NCBI GenBank assembly: GCA_963675295.2
Contig: CAXXKJ010000002.1
Coordinates: 4,224,001-4,288,000, forward strand
Reading direction: 5' to 3'
DNA: 64,000 nt
Source: a bacterium
GTDB lineage: Bacteria > Electryoneota > Electryoneia > Electryoneales > Electryoneaceae
This document shows, in pieces, positions 20,348 to 30,800 of the stretch. The first letter of the stretch is position 1, and each line of letters starts with the position of its first letter. The notes beneath the pieces were generated by a model. It was not told the origin of the DNA, made no database searches, and saw only the letters and a program-made list of their open reading frames with translations. A program made the translations under genes and the position numbers.

Positions 20348-21277
20348 TCAGTCGTCCTTTTTCTCCCGCCCCTTTGGCACAATCACCTTCAGCGCCTTTG
20401 GCTTTACCTCGATCACCACATCTTTGCCGGCTTCCAGCAACTCTCCGTCCACCTGCACCTTGCCCGCCTTCTCGCGTTGCACCGTCATCTTCTCGAACTG
20501 CCACGTTTTCAACTCGGGAATCTTGCTGATCGATCCGTCAAACAGGCGCCGGATCTGCGGCAGCAGTTCGTGCGGCTCCATCCGCGGCACGGCGACGAGG
20601 GTCAGCAGACCATCATCCGCACGCGCTTCCGGCGCGATCTTCGCGCCGCCGCCGTACTGCGTCAGGTTGGCCGCCGTCAGTAGCAGCGGCTTCTCAATGT
20701 GGATTTCTTCACCGTCCAGGTTGAGTTGGTAATCCTGCGGTTCGTAGGTGAAATACTTGTAGATTCCGGCGAAAACGTACGGCGCGATTCCACGGATCGG
20801 CATCTTCTCGAAATCCGCCACCAGCTCGGCGTCCCAGGCGAGGCTGGCGGTTACGAAGAACGGATGATCGTTGACGAACCCGACGTCGATTTCCATCACT
20901 TCGCCGTTAATCAGTGCCTTCGCCGCCTTCTCGGCGCTGTTTGGAATGTCGAAATGTCGCGCGAACCCGTTCCCGCTGCCCGCCGGCAATACGGCCAGCT
21001 TGACATCGGTGCCAACCAGTTGCGCGCCGAGCGTGTTGACCATACCATCCCCACCGATCACGATGACCGTATCAACACCGCAGTCCATCGCATGTCGAAT
21101 CTTGCCGACGCCGTCCTCGACATTCCGGCTTTCCTGGTACGTCAGGTTGATACCGGGGAACTGATCCCACGTGTCGCGCAGCGCGTTCAGAATGTCGCTG
21201 GGACGAAACCCAGTGCCCGATTGCGGGTTAAAGATTGCGAGCACATTGCGCGTCGCCTGGCTGTTTGTCTCGGTCAT
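20348..21277 (-). CDS. Diacylglycerol/lipid kinase family protein (YegS/DAGK)
   Basis: NPQSG, GGDG, LPAGSGNGFAR, YGGG, QVDGE. Confidence 0.92.
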   Translation of the reverse strand: MTETNSQATRNVLAIFNPQSGTGFRPSDILNALRDTWDQFPGINLTYQESRNVEDGVGKIRHAMDCGVDTVIVIGGDGMVNTLGAQLVGTDVKLAVLPAGSGNGFARHFDIPNSAEKAAKALINGEVMEIDVGFVNDHPFFVTASLAWDAELVADFEKMPIRGIAPYVFAGIYKYFTYEPQDYQLNLDGEEIHIEKPLLLTAANLTQYGGGAKIAPEARADDGLLTLVAVPRMEPHELLPQIRRLFDGSISKIPELKTWQFEKMTVQREKAGKVQVDGELLEAGKDVVIEVKPKALKVIVPKGREKKDD

Positions 21278-21517
21278 GGTGACTGTACCTGATGTGAACT
21301 GTGGGGGATGTTCGCGATACTGTTGTCTTTAAAGATACGCGGACAGCGTGAACGGGTTGCAGATTATTCTGAGCCCGATGCACGCACCCGGGAGCCGGAC
21401 AGGCTGAATCCGATCGCGATGACGGTCCGGGTCCATGAGGCCACCGCAAACGCCGGAGCCGTGGTTGACTCCCCGCATGCATCCGTTTAGTTTCCGTGGT
21501 TGCTGCAGGATTGAAAT

Positions 21518-21591
21518 GCCCGCGTAGCTCAGTTGGATAGAGCGTCTGCCTCCGGAGCAGAAGGCCGTGAGTTCGAATCTCGCCGCGGGTA
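21518..21591 (+). tRNA. tRNA-Arg(CCG)
   Basis: Acceptor gcccgcg/cgcgggt, D-arm gctcagttggatagagc, anticodon arm tctgc-ctCCGga-gcaga, T-loop gttcgaat; CCA not encoded. Confidence 0.96.
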
Positions 21592-21600
21592 CTGTCATGC

Positions 21601-21637
21601 AAACCGGTCTTGCCACAATGGCAAGACCGGTTTTTCT
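21601..21637 (+). terminator. Intrinsic terminator after tRNA
   Basis: aaaccggtcttgcca-caa-tggcaagaccggttt followed by T tract. Confidence 0.8.
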
Positions 21638-22003
21638 CCACCTTACCGTCGCACTCTCTCCGCTACCAACCCCAGTTTCGATGGAGCTGTTCAGACACCG
21701 TTCGCGACAGGAAGACGTGACCATCCTGCCAGACCGCCGTCCTGCCTCTAGGTAGGGCGTTCTACCCTTTGTTTATCAAAAACTTAGCCTCCTCAAGCTA
21801 GCCTCTGTCAAGTTTGATTTTAAGTTTGGCGATCCTAACACAGCGGGCTTCGGGGAAATATTTTGCAAAGGTACACCACGCCCTGATCCTCGGTATGCAA
21901 TCGCGTCACATTGAAAACGTTGAATCAAATCGTGAGTGTATCGCGGCTGCCTGCCTGCGAAACGTGGATTCAGGAACGTCCTTAACCTGGGAGAGAGAGT
22001 ATC

Positions 22004-23233
22004 ATGAGACAATTTCGAAGCGCTGTCTTCATCCTGCTGTTCGTCGTATCGTCCGCCGGGATTGCGCACGCCTTATCCAGCGGTCCGTCACAAGGATTCG
22101 CCGGCGATCCGCCTCCTGGCAACACCTGCCATAACTGTCACAACAGTTTCCCGTTGAATTCCGGGGATGGACAACTGGACCTGTCCGGCATCACCTCGTA
22201 CGTACCCGGCGAGACCTACACCTTGTCCGTACACATTGAAGATCCGGATCAATCGCGCTGGGGATTTCAGCTGACGGCCAAGGACAATGCGAACAACGGC
22301 TTTCAGGGAGTGTTCACGATAACCGATGTGGAGAATACCGAGCGCAACGGCGGCTATGTCAATCATACCACCGCCGGAACGTACAACGGTGCGGGAGAGG
22401 GCAACTGGTCATTCCAGTGGACGGCGCCGTCGGAGGACGTTGGTCCGATCACGTTCTACTATTGCGGCAATGCGGCCAATGGCAATTTCAACAATCAGGG
22501 GGACTACATCTATCGCGAATCGCTGACCGTCGAGGCAAATGTGCTGCCGTATGATTTCACTGTGCTTCCCGAGGACGATTTCGTGCCCGCGGAGGGCGGC
22601 TCGATTGACTACACCATCACGCTGACCACCAGCATTCCGCAGTCCTTCCCCGGTGTGGATTACTGGTCTAAGGTCATTCTGCCCAATGGCAGTGAGTATG
22701 GCCCGATCCTCCAGGTCAACAATCAGACCATTCCGCCGAACGCGAACGTTTCCGCGACATTCACGCTGGACGTTCCCAGCTTTGCCCCGTCCGGAGAGTA
22801 CCTGCATCATAGCAACCTCGGCTATTTCCCCAACGATGTCGCGGTGGCGACGTGGAACTTCTCAAAATCAGCGTCTGCGAACGGAACGGAGGGTGCATCC
22901 GTCTGGAGCGATCGGGGCGGGTTGTTTGAGTTGACGGCAAACGAAAACGGTGCGTCTGCGGCGATTGATACCTACAGCCTTGCGGACGTATATCCGAACC
23001 CGTTCAACGCGATGACCTCGATCCGGGTCTCCTTGCCCGATGCCGCGACGTTGACCGTAACGGTTCACAACGTCCTGGGGCAAACAGTCGCCACCCTCGC
23101 GGACGGCCGATATGCTCCCGGCCTGCAAACGTTCACCCTGGACGCATCGAACCTGAGCTCGGGTGTGTACTTCGTGCAGGCGGTCGTCCCGGGCCACCTG
23201 AACCAGATTCAGAAGGTGATGCTCGTCCGCTAA
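22004..23233 (+). CDS. Secreted Reeler-like (choice-of-anchor V-type) domain protein with CxxCH and T9SS CTD
   Basis: Signal peptide, G.AG.PP...TCHNCH, WGFQLTA, F.WTAP, GNAANG, PNPFN...KVMLVR. Confidence 0.8.
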   Translation: MRQFRSAVFILLFVVSSAGIAHALSSGPSQGFAGDPPPGNTCHNCHNSFPLNSGDGQLDLSGITSYVPGETYTLSVHIEDPDQSRWGFQLTAKDNANNGFQGVFTITDVENTERNGGYVNHTTAGTYNGAGEGNWSFQWTAPSEDVGPITFYYCGNAANGNFNNQGDYIYRESLTVEANVLPYDFTVLPEDDFVPAEGGSIDYTITLTTSIPQSFPGVDYWSKVILPNGSEYGPILQVNNQTIPPNANVSATFTLDVPSFAPSGEYLHHSNLGYFPNDVAVATWNFSKSASANGTEGASVWSDRGGLFELTANENGASAAIDTYSLADVYPNPFNAMTSIRVSLPDAATLTVTVHNVLGQTVATLADGRYAPGLQTFTLDASNLSSGVYFVQAVVPGHLNQIQKVMLVR

Positions 23234-23280
23234 GCTGGCACGATCTCAAGGGCGTCCGTCCCGAGGCGTACTGATCATTG

Positions 23281-23316
23281 CACACGCCATGAATCCAGCT
23301 GGATTTATGGCGTGTG
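23281..23316. repeat. Near-perfect loopless palindrome
   Basis: cacacgccatgaatccag|ctggatttatggcgtgtg, one mismatch. Confidence 0.65.
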
Positions 23317-23430
23317 TGCTCCAGCCTCGCGGGATGATTCTACCGCCAAGTACAATTCGCGGACTTTAGAGGCTACAATGGAATCCGCATCGGTGCAGCT
23401 ACACAGGTTCGGTTTGTTACCAGCGTTCAA

Positions 23431-24711
23431 ATGGGTATGGCAGCAAACGTTCAATCAGCAGGCGTGAAAACCGTTTCAAGGCTGGTTTCAGCCTTCCTGG
23501 CCGTTCTCTGTCTTGCGCTGGGGATGGCCGCCCATGCCGGCCCGATTCCTGAGATCATCAGGGTTTATGGCGGCCGCGACGACGAGTTGAGCAAGGATCT
23601 CGTCCTGACTCATGATGGCCGCCTCCTCACCACTGGCTGGACGGAATCTCACGGCGACACACTGGGCGACCTGCAGGTGATGGCCTTCGGCCTGGCCTGC
23701 GATTCGATGTGGTCAATGACCGTGGGCGGATCGGCCGGACTTGACAAGGGCAAGGAAATCGTGCTGCTGCCAGGCGAAGGTTTTCTGGTTGCCGGCTATT
23801 CGGAATCCGTGCCAAGTGATCCGCGGCAGGGGTCGATACTCCGGATTGATCTTGCTGGTACTCTGGCTTGGTCACAGCAGCTGGGCGGACCCGGCCGTGA
23901 CGGATTCTTCGACCTGGTTCCGCTTGCCGATGGCACCTTCCTCGCCGTAGGCGACTATCAAAACGGTACCTACCGCGATGGATGGTTGTACTGCTATACG
24001 GCGTCCGGCGATTTCGTCTGGGAACGCTTTGTCGGCACAGACCGCGACACTCGCCTGTTCACCGCCTGCCAGTTGGTTGATGGCACCATCGTCTGTGCGG
24101 GTTGGAGCCGCCCGGCATTGCCCGGAACCATCCCCGACATTCACATATTCGCGTTGACGGATTCCGGCGATCCACTGTGGGACCGTATATTCGGCACGAA
24201 TGAACAGGACATCGCCCGCCGGGTTCGTCCACTGGCAACCGGCGGATTCGTCATGACCGGCGATTCTGAACTGCCGGCAGACCAGGGCTCGGAACAGATT
24301 GTAATCGCCCGATTCCAAGCCGATGGCACGCTGGTCTGGGGGCTGGCCTGCGGAAATGTCTGGCTGGATCACGCGAGCGACCTCGCGGTCGATCAAGACA
24401 ACGCCGTGTACGTTACCGGTACCTCTGAGGTCAACGCCGAACACGCGACGGACGTCGCATTGATCCGTGTAACACTTGCCGGCGAGTTGACCTGGTTCAG
24501 CACCCACGGCAGCGACGCGGATGATCTTGGCCGCGGGATTGAGATCGATCCGCTCGGCCGCTTGTTTGTCACCGGGCAGACCTTCCATCGGTTCGCCACT
24601 CACCGCACCGACATGTTTATTGCGCGTGTGCTCGACTCCAACCTGCCGGGTTCGCAACCGGCTTACCTCCTCACATTCGACGAAGCTGGTATCGAATTCC
24701 GGCGGCGTTAA
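23431..24711 (+). CDS. Secreted beta-propeller repeat protein, no CTD
   Basis: Repeated G...W....GG...D blades; signal peptide; real start may be GTG 23464. Confidence 0.75.
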   Translation: MGMAANVQSAGVKTVSRLVSAFLAVLCLALGMAAHAGPIPEIIRVYGGRDDELSKDLVLTHDGRLLTTGWTESHGDTLGDLQVMAFGLACDSMWSMTVGGSAGLDKGKEIVLLPGEGFLVAGYSESVPSDPRQGSILRIDLAGTLAWSQQLGGPGRDGFFDLVPLADGTFLAVGDYQNGTYRDGWLYCYTASGDFVWERFVGTDRDTRLFTACQLVDGTIVCAGWSRPALPGTIPDIHIFALTDSGDPLWDRIFGTNEQDIARRVRPLATGGFVMTGDSELPADQGSEQIVIARFQADGTLVWGLACGNVWLDHASDLAVDQDNAVYVTGTSEVNAEHATDVALIRVTLAGELTWFSTHGSDADDLGRGIEIDPLGRLFVTGQTFHRFATHRTDMFIARVLDSNLPGSQPAYLLTFDEAGIEFRRR

Positions 24712-24740
24712 TCTGCTAATCGGGAAGCGGGGCAGATAAA

Positions 24741-24776
24741 AACCGGGGACACGTTCTTGCGAACATGTCCCCGGTT
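24741..24776. repeat. GGGGACAC-family palindrome, copy 3
   Basis: aaccggggacacgttc-ttgc-gaacatgtccccggtt between convergent genes. Confidence 0.8.
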
Positions 24777-24816
24777 GGTTTTGCTCACGACTGGTGTCAC
24801 GTGGACACCGTCCAGC

Positions 24817-26826
24817 TTACTTCATCAGCATCATCTTACGGGTAGCGGAGAATTCACCGGCGTTCAGCTGGTAGAAATACAGACCGCTGGCGAGGTTCGC
24901 CCCGTCAAAGGTGAGGCTCTGGTGACCGGCAGCCATCTGGCCGTTCTTCAGCGTCATGACCTGCTGGCCGGCGACGTTGTAGACGGTCAGGGTGACATCC
25001 GCCGCGTGCGGCAGCGTGAAGTCAATCTGCGTGGTCGGGTTGAACGGGTTCGGATAGTTCTGATCGAGGCTGAACTCGAGCGGCTGCGTCGCGGTCGGTT
25101 CACCAACCGTGGTCGCGCCGAACCAGTTGATCACGTTGCCCATCAGGGTGCCAAACTGCGGCGTGATGAACGGCCAGTCCGGGTTGGTCCAGTCAAGGGT
25201 ATACTCGATGTCGAAGCCGAGGAAAATAGTCTTGCCGTCCCAGGCGTTCACATATCGAAGACCATTGACATAACCGAGGTCCGCACCTTCAAAGATGGTT
25301 TCGGTTTCGGACACGCCGGTCATCGCTTCCGGGTAGCTCTGATCCGTGGTCTCAAACAGGATCTGGTACGGATCGTCAGCAAAATCGTTGCTGATCGGAT
25401 CATCCGGGATGCCATAGAACAGGGTGTCACCCGGAATGTCGATATCGTTGCGGCCTTCCTGGATACCGAACACATCGTACGCGAAATCACCAGCCGAGAA
25501 GCTGGGTTCTTCCGGTTCGTCATTCGCGAAGAAGTAGTCCTGGTCGGCGTAGAACATGTTGCCGCCGGCCATCAGGTACGGGACATATGCGTTGCCGGTG
25601 TAGTCACGGGTCGGGACAGAGCCCGCGCCCCAGCCAACGACGATCAAGGCGTTCCAGTCCGACTCAGCGATCAGGTACTCATCAATGCCCTTGTTGTCGT
25701 CGACATCGTAGAACGCGTAGTAAATACCGGCGTTCACGAGCGCATGACGCATCTCGTACGTGAAGTTCGACTGGTGGTCGATGAACAGGATGTCAGCATC
25801 CAGACCCGCCAACTCGATGATGTCGAAATTCATCTGGCTGTCTTCGTTGCTGTTTTCCTGGCCTTCATCGTCGACGGCCCAGATCCAATAGCTGATCATG
25901 TCACCGACTTCATTGTCAAGCGTGAAGGTGGCGTCGAAAATGCCGTCCTCATCCGGGTCGGTCATTTCGTACTGAGTCGGAGCGCCACCGTTCACCGAGA
26001 CATTCAGCATCGCCTGGTGATCATCGGTCCAGCCGGCATCGTCGAAGATGTCGCACGTGACGGTGCATTCCTTCGAACCGTTGACCGTGTTCGGCAGCTG
26101 GTTCATGTTGCCAATGATCGGCGGGGCGCCGAGCGGGTAGGATACACCGACACGCATGGCGAGGTCGACGACCGGGGAGCTGGAACCGTACGCACCCCAG
26201 GTTTCATCATAGGTGTCCATCCACGGACCACCGAACCAGGTGTAGGTAAAGCCACGGGAGGAAATGTTGTCCGCGAGCGGCTGCGGCATGCCGTCATCCT
26301 GGGTCTTGACCCAGCCGACGATGAACGCGCGGCCGTCGTCAATCCAGATCGCTTCGCCGTTGAACAGCTCTTCCTGTTCAAACAGGTACTCACCCCAGTC
26401 GCCCTCACCGTTGCTCAACTTGTTGAACGGGCCGAACAGGGCTTCACCCAACGGGCTGACCGGCGAGGTACCACGCAGCGGAGCGCGGCCATCCGCATAC
26501 ATCGCGGCGCAATCCGGGTTGTATTCCCAGACGAACGACTGGAAGTTACCCGCAGTGTACCACTGCTGTTCCGCGAAGTGCACCGAGCACGGAGCGAGCG
26601 GCTGGAAGTGCACGCACATGGTGTCACCCAGCGAGCCGGAGCTGAGGTAGTAGTCGGTCGTACCATCGCTCATGCGATTCAGGAACAAACCTTCCCACTC
26701 ATCCAACTCGGGGCCGTTCAGGCCCTTCGTTACTTTCGTTGGCTCGAGCAGGTGGATGTCAGTTGCCCACGCCGCCCCAACGGCGATCAGCAGCGCCATG
26801 CTCACCAATACCAAACGTTTCAACAT
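24817..26826 (-). CDS. Secreted T9SS-CTD protein of unknown function, last gene of TBDR operon
   Basis: Signal peptide, LDQNYPNPFNP...SGLYFY...RKMMLMK; paralog of 39934-42288. Confidence 0.85.
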   Translation of the reverse strand: MLKRLVLVSMALLIAVGAAWATDIHLLEPTKVTKGLNGPELDEWEGLFLNRMSDGTTDYYLSSGSLGDTMCVHFQPLAPCSVHFAEQQWYTAGNFQSFVWEYNPDCAAMYADGRAPLRGTSPVSPLGEALFGPFNKLSNGEGDWGEYLFEQEELFNGEAIWIDDGRAFIVGWVKTQDDGMPQPLADNISSRGFTYTWFGGPWMDTYDETWGAYGSSSPVVDLAMRVGVSYPLGAPPIIGNMNQLPNTVNGSKECTVTCDIFDDAGWTDDHQAMLNVSVNGGAPTQYEMTDPDEDGIFDATFTLDNEVGDMISYWIWAVDDEGQENSNEDSQMNFDIIELAGLDADILFIDHQSNFTYEMRHALVNAGIYYAFYDVDDNKGIDEYLIAESDWNALIVVGWGAGSVPTRDYTGNAYVPYLMAGGNMFYADQDYFFANDEPEEPSFSAGDFAYDVFGIQEGRNDIDIPGDTLFYGIPDDPISNDFADDPYQILFETTDQSYPEAMTGVSETETIFEGADLGYVNGLRYVNAWDGKTIFLGFDIEYTLDWTNPDWPFITPQFGTLMGNVINWFGATTVGEPTATQPLEFSLDQNYPNPFNPTTQIDFTLPHAADVTLTVYNVAGQQVMTLKNGQMAAGHQSLTFDGANLASGLYFYQLNAGEFSATRKMMLMK

Positions 26827-26894
26827 ACTTCACCCCTTTCGTTGTACGACGTGATGTTACCATCACGACTTCCGAAAACTACTTCCGTTGCTTG

Positions 26895-27824
26895 TTACTG
26901 TAACTCGTTCAACTTTTCCTGCAGTTGGATCAGGAATTCCCCGAAGTTCACCGCGTAGTAGTAGGTGACAACGTACGAATCCCCTTCTGCAGGAATTGGA
27001 TTTCCTTTGAAACGAACAGCGTCTCCAGTGACATCGTATCCAGTGATCTCGAAAGTAATGTCATCCTGCATGACAGAAACAGGATAAACAAGATTTACGT
27101 TCGAGAGATCGAGTTGTGCGATACCGTCAAGGTGCGTTTTCTGCAGCAATGTGACTTCAACCGCCTCATCGGGAACTTCGACGATCGCCCCCGAATTCTC
27201 CAGGGACGGGATAAACGCGTTGTCGTCAACATCATCCAGCACCACCATCACCTCGCCGTACTCACCCTGGCCGTACCAGGCCATCGCCTCCAGCAACTTG
27301 ACCGTGTCCATGTCAAAATTCGGCAGCCAGCGATGGGTCGGGTTGGCCATGTCCGCCCAATACTCCTGCGCATTTTGTGCTTCTTCGACGGCCATCTCGT
27401 AGTCCTGAGTGCTCAGGGCCACGCTCGCCTTGCCTGCGCAGGCTTCCGCAAACAGAGCGTCCACGTCCCCGGCTTCCACCTCGCCGGTTTCGATCAGCAC
27501 CGCGCCCAACGTCAGCACGTTGGACAGGTTTCGTTGCGCGCTGATCGGTTCCCGTGAATCGGCGAACGCATACCCGAGCCCGAGATACGCCTCGAGGTTG
27601 CTGGATTCGGCGTTTGCGGCATCCGCGAACATGTTGAGGGCCTCGTCCACCTCACCATCGTTCAAATACTCCCAACCCCGTTCGATCATCAGATCGACGG
27701 TCACGGCCGGGCCGGTCGGGATATCGTCGCTTTCGGTTGAACAACCTACCACCATGAACAGGGCGGTCAACAGGAGCCCGGCGGTCAGGATGCGCAAGGT
27801 CAGCCGATGAAAATTGGTCTGCAT
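26895..27824 (-). CDS. TPR-containing lipoprotein
   Basis: Lipobox VVGC, TPR-like helices (GWEYL, AYLGLGYA); ggagg RBS before MQTNF. Confidence 0.8.
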   Translation of the reverse strand: MQTNFHRLTLRILTAGLLLTALFMVVGCSTESDDIPTGPAVTVDLMIERGWEYLNDGEVDEALNMFADAANAESSNLEAYLGLGYAFADSREPISAQRNLSNVLTLGAVLIETGEVEAGDVDALFAEACAGKASVALSTQDYEMAVEEAQNAQEYWADMANPTHRWLPNFDMDTVKLLEAMAWYGQGEYGEVMVVLDDVDDNAFIPSLENSGAIVEVPDEAVEVTLLQKTHLDGIAQLDLSNVNLVYPVSVMQDDITFEITGYDVTGDAVRFKGNPIPAEGDSYVVTYYYAVNFGEFLIQLQEKLNELQ

Positions 27825-27849
27825 TGTATGATCCTCCATCCGGGGCTGG

Positions 27850-30800
27850 TTACTTCACCAACACCATTTTACGGGTCTTGTTGAATCCCGGCGCATCCAT
27901 GCGCACGAAGTAGACGCCCGACGCGATCGGCGTGCCAGCCGCACTCTGTCCATTGAAATGGAACTTGTGCGTACCATACGCCAGGTCACCGTCGAACAGA
28001 CGCGTCACTTCGCGGCCCAACACGTCGTACACCGCCAGCGTCACCGGACCGGTTTGCGGCAGCGCGATCTTGATCGTAGTGCTCGGGTTGAACGGGTTCG
28101 GATAGTTCTGCCCCAGCTCGAAGCTGTTCGGAACCATCAGGTCGTCCGGGACGTCACCCAGCGGACCAGCCATCACGGCATACGTGCCGGTCTGGCCAAC
28201 ACGCACCGTGATCAGGCCAACTGCCGGGTTGGCTTCGCCACCGACATACACCCACTCATCGTTGCGCATCAGGTACACACCGGCGTCCTGTTCACCGGCG
28301 GCGTCCACGTCATACGGAATCCGCAAGGTCAGCGGATCACCGACCTTCTCGATGTGGTTGCCGATGCTGTAGCGGCTGCTGACCGGCGTCCGTCCATCCG
28401 TATTCTGGATGAACTTGCCCAGGCCGACCGACGCCACGTCCGGCGAGCGGACAAGCATCAGGTCCTTGTCGCGATCGAAGCTGCGTGCGGTCGAACTCAC
28501 CTGGAATCCATCGCTCAGTTTCACCATCGACGGGCCACCGCCTTCGAAGGTGGACATCACGATGATTGTCGGATCGGATTCCACAACCGGGACACCGTTC
28601 GAATAATACCCTTCAAGCGCCCAGTGCATTTCGCCGACATCCGTCATCGTGACATGTGCGACGTACTGATCGAAGCGACCAGTTGCGTTCTCGACCGAAG
28701 TCATCTCGAAATCATCAGGTGAATCGTACGTGGCGATCACTTCCGTCATGTCCGCATCGGCATACACGTTCACCGTCGGTGCAGAAACTCCGTCAGAACG
28801 GTACAGCGGCTGTTCGGTAATCACGTACACATCGAGCATCGTTTCGATCACCGGGTTCTGCACCACGAACAGGCGGCTGAATTCCGCGGCATTCTGCTGA
28901 TGATGCACGAGGAAGTCACCACCCGCACCCGCCGCGATCAGGAAGAAGGTCGGGAAGGTAGCTTCCGGATCGTCAGCGCCACCCAGCACCCATCCATCGC
29001 CGGGGCTGATCGGCACGACACCGACGTTCAGATCGCCCTCGAGTTCGATTTCCTGGGTCAGAATCGGCAACGCGCTGAGGTTGTTGTCAACCTCGGTCGC
29101 CTGCATGTTGACTTTCCGGAATGCGATATCGGTCGCGCCCTCACCAGCAAAGACAACCAGATTGTCGTTGACCGGATCCAACGCATTGTTCAACGTGGTT
29201 GCGGTGTAGCCGGTGAAGAAGTAGTCGAAGCCCCATTCCGTGTTGGTCCGCTGATACGGCGCACGGTCGGGACCGGCCGACGTCTTCCAGCGCATTGGAC
29301 CACCGCGAATCGCGGCTTGCGTGTTGATGTTCTCGAACATGAACCGGTTGTGATCGTCTTCGGAGTACGATGTGTCAATCAGGTTCGCGGTTGCGAAGTC
29401 GAGGAACACATCGACCACATCCAGATCCTTCTGCCAAGCCTCAAGCTGTTCGTTGCGGTCGGACAACGCATCCGCGACGCCATAAATATCAATGTGCGGA
29501 GACATCGAAATGGCAGTCAGCATATCGTCGCCACCATACTTCTCCCACAGGTACAGCATGTACATGAAGACATGCTTGTAATCCACGCGGGAAGACAGGT
29601 CGGACCCGATGAAGGTCAGGATGTTGCCGCCCGTCAGACCCCGGGTTTCGGAATCACCGTAGTACCGCGGATGACGGAAGGTGTAGAACTCAGTGAAATA
29701 CGCCAGGCCGTACTTGACCCAGTTGACCTCAAACTTGTCGACCTTGTAGCTGACGTACTGAGTGTACACATTGGCAATGGCGGACAAACCGGCTTCATCC
29801 AGTTCGTCCATGTCGTCCTCTTCCCAGACCTCGTCGTTATCGTTCCAGATCCAGGCATCATCCCCCGTGTTGTAGCTCTGCGGGTAACTGTCAAGAACGA
29901 TCAGCTCCGCTTCGTTGGAGTACTCATCGGTGCTGTTGCCCGGAAGGTCACTCGGCAAGAAATAGCCGTGCTTCCAGAAGCCTGCGTCACCGTCGTTACG
30001 TCCGACACCGTATTCATCCCAGATATCCGTCAACAGGATGATGATCTGCTCCGGAATCTTGTCCGCACGTTCGCCGCCAATCAGGTCGTCAATGGCAGCC
30101 TTGGCACCCATGTCCGGGAGTTTCGGTGTCCGCGTCTCAAAGAACGTTACTGCGCTGTCAAGCTCGGACTTGCGCAGCGGGGTCACCAGCGGATGTTCAA
30201 CCGACTTGCCTTCCCGCAGGTAGAACGGATCGTACGGCAGGCCCCACTGATCGTTGGCGACATACCACAACGCCCCTGGACTGACCTCGCGCAGTGATGC
30301 CTGCACGATGCGCGGCAGCGTCGGGAACGCTTCATGGCTGCGGATGTAGAATTCGCGACCAAAACCGAGGACCAGCACCGATTCGTACAGTTCGTTCGCG
30401 GTGGTATCGCCGTCCATCAAACCTGTTTGTTCAACACACGGAATGCCATCGGCCGTGGTGATAAATCCTTCGCTGAAGTCAAGTATCAGGTCTGTCCGGT
30501 CGGCCTGATCAATATCCTTGATCGCCGAAACATCCGTATCGCTCAAGTACAGCGAGATGCGATTCGGTTCGCTGGCTTCGAACGATTCCGGCGCACCGAT
30601 CGCGATACCGTTCAGCTGCATTTTGGTCAGGTCGACGTTTTCCGCCGGAACGGTTCCGTTTGTGCCGATCACAAACCGTCCGTGGACCTCATCAAACCAG
30701 ACATACTCAATCAGCGGCGGGTTCGGGTCGGCAATGTAGTTGAAGTCTTCGACTTCGATGTAGCGGTTGCCGTTCAGCTTGGAGGACTGTTTAACCGTGT

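Noticed and set aside
21860-21880. Possible sigma54 -24/-12 promoter (minus strand)
   Set aside because: GG to GC spacing is 9, not 10; no convincing sigma54 promoter was found by eye
21592-22003. Integrated element at tRNA-Arg
   Set aside because: No integrase and no duplicated tRNA 3' end seen; a terminator follows directly
24757-26958. 733-aa plus-strand ORF and similar long antisense ORFs (4305-5891, 28900-30297, 33460-34779, 37725-39029, 57166-58770, 59032-60348)
   Set aside because: Shadow ORFs opposite well-supported genes, expected from GC-biased codon usage; no recognisable motifs
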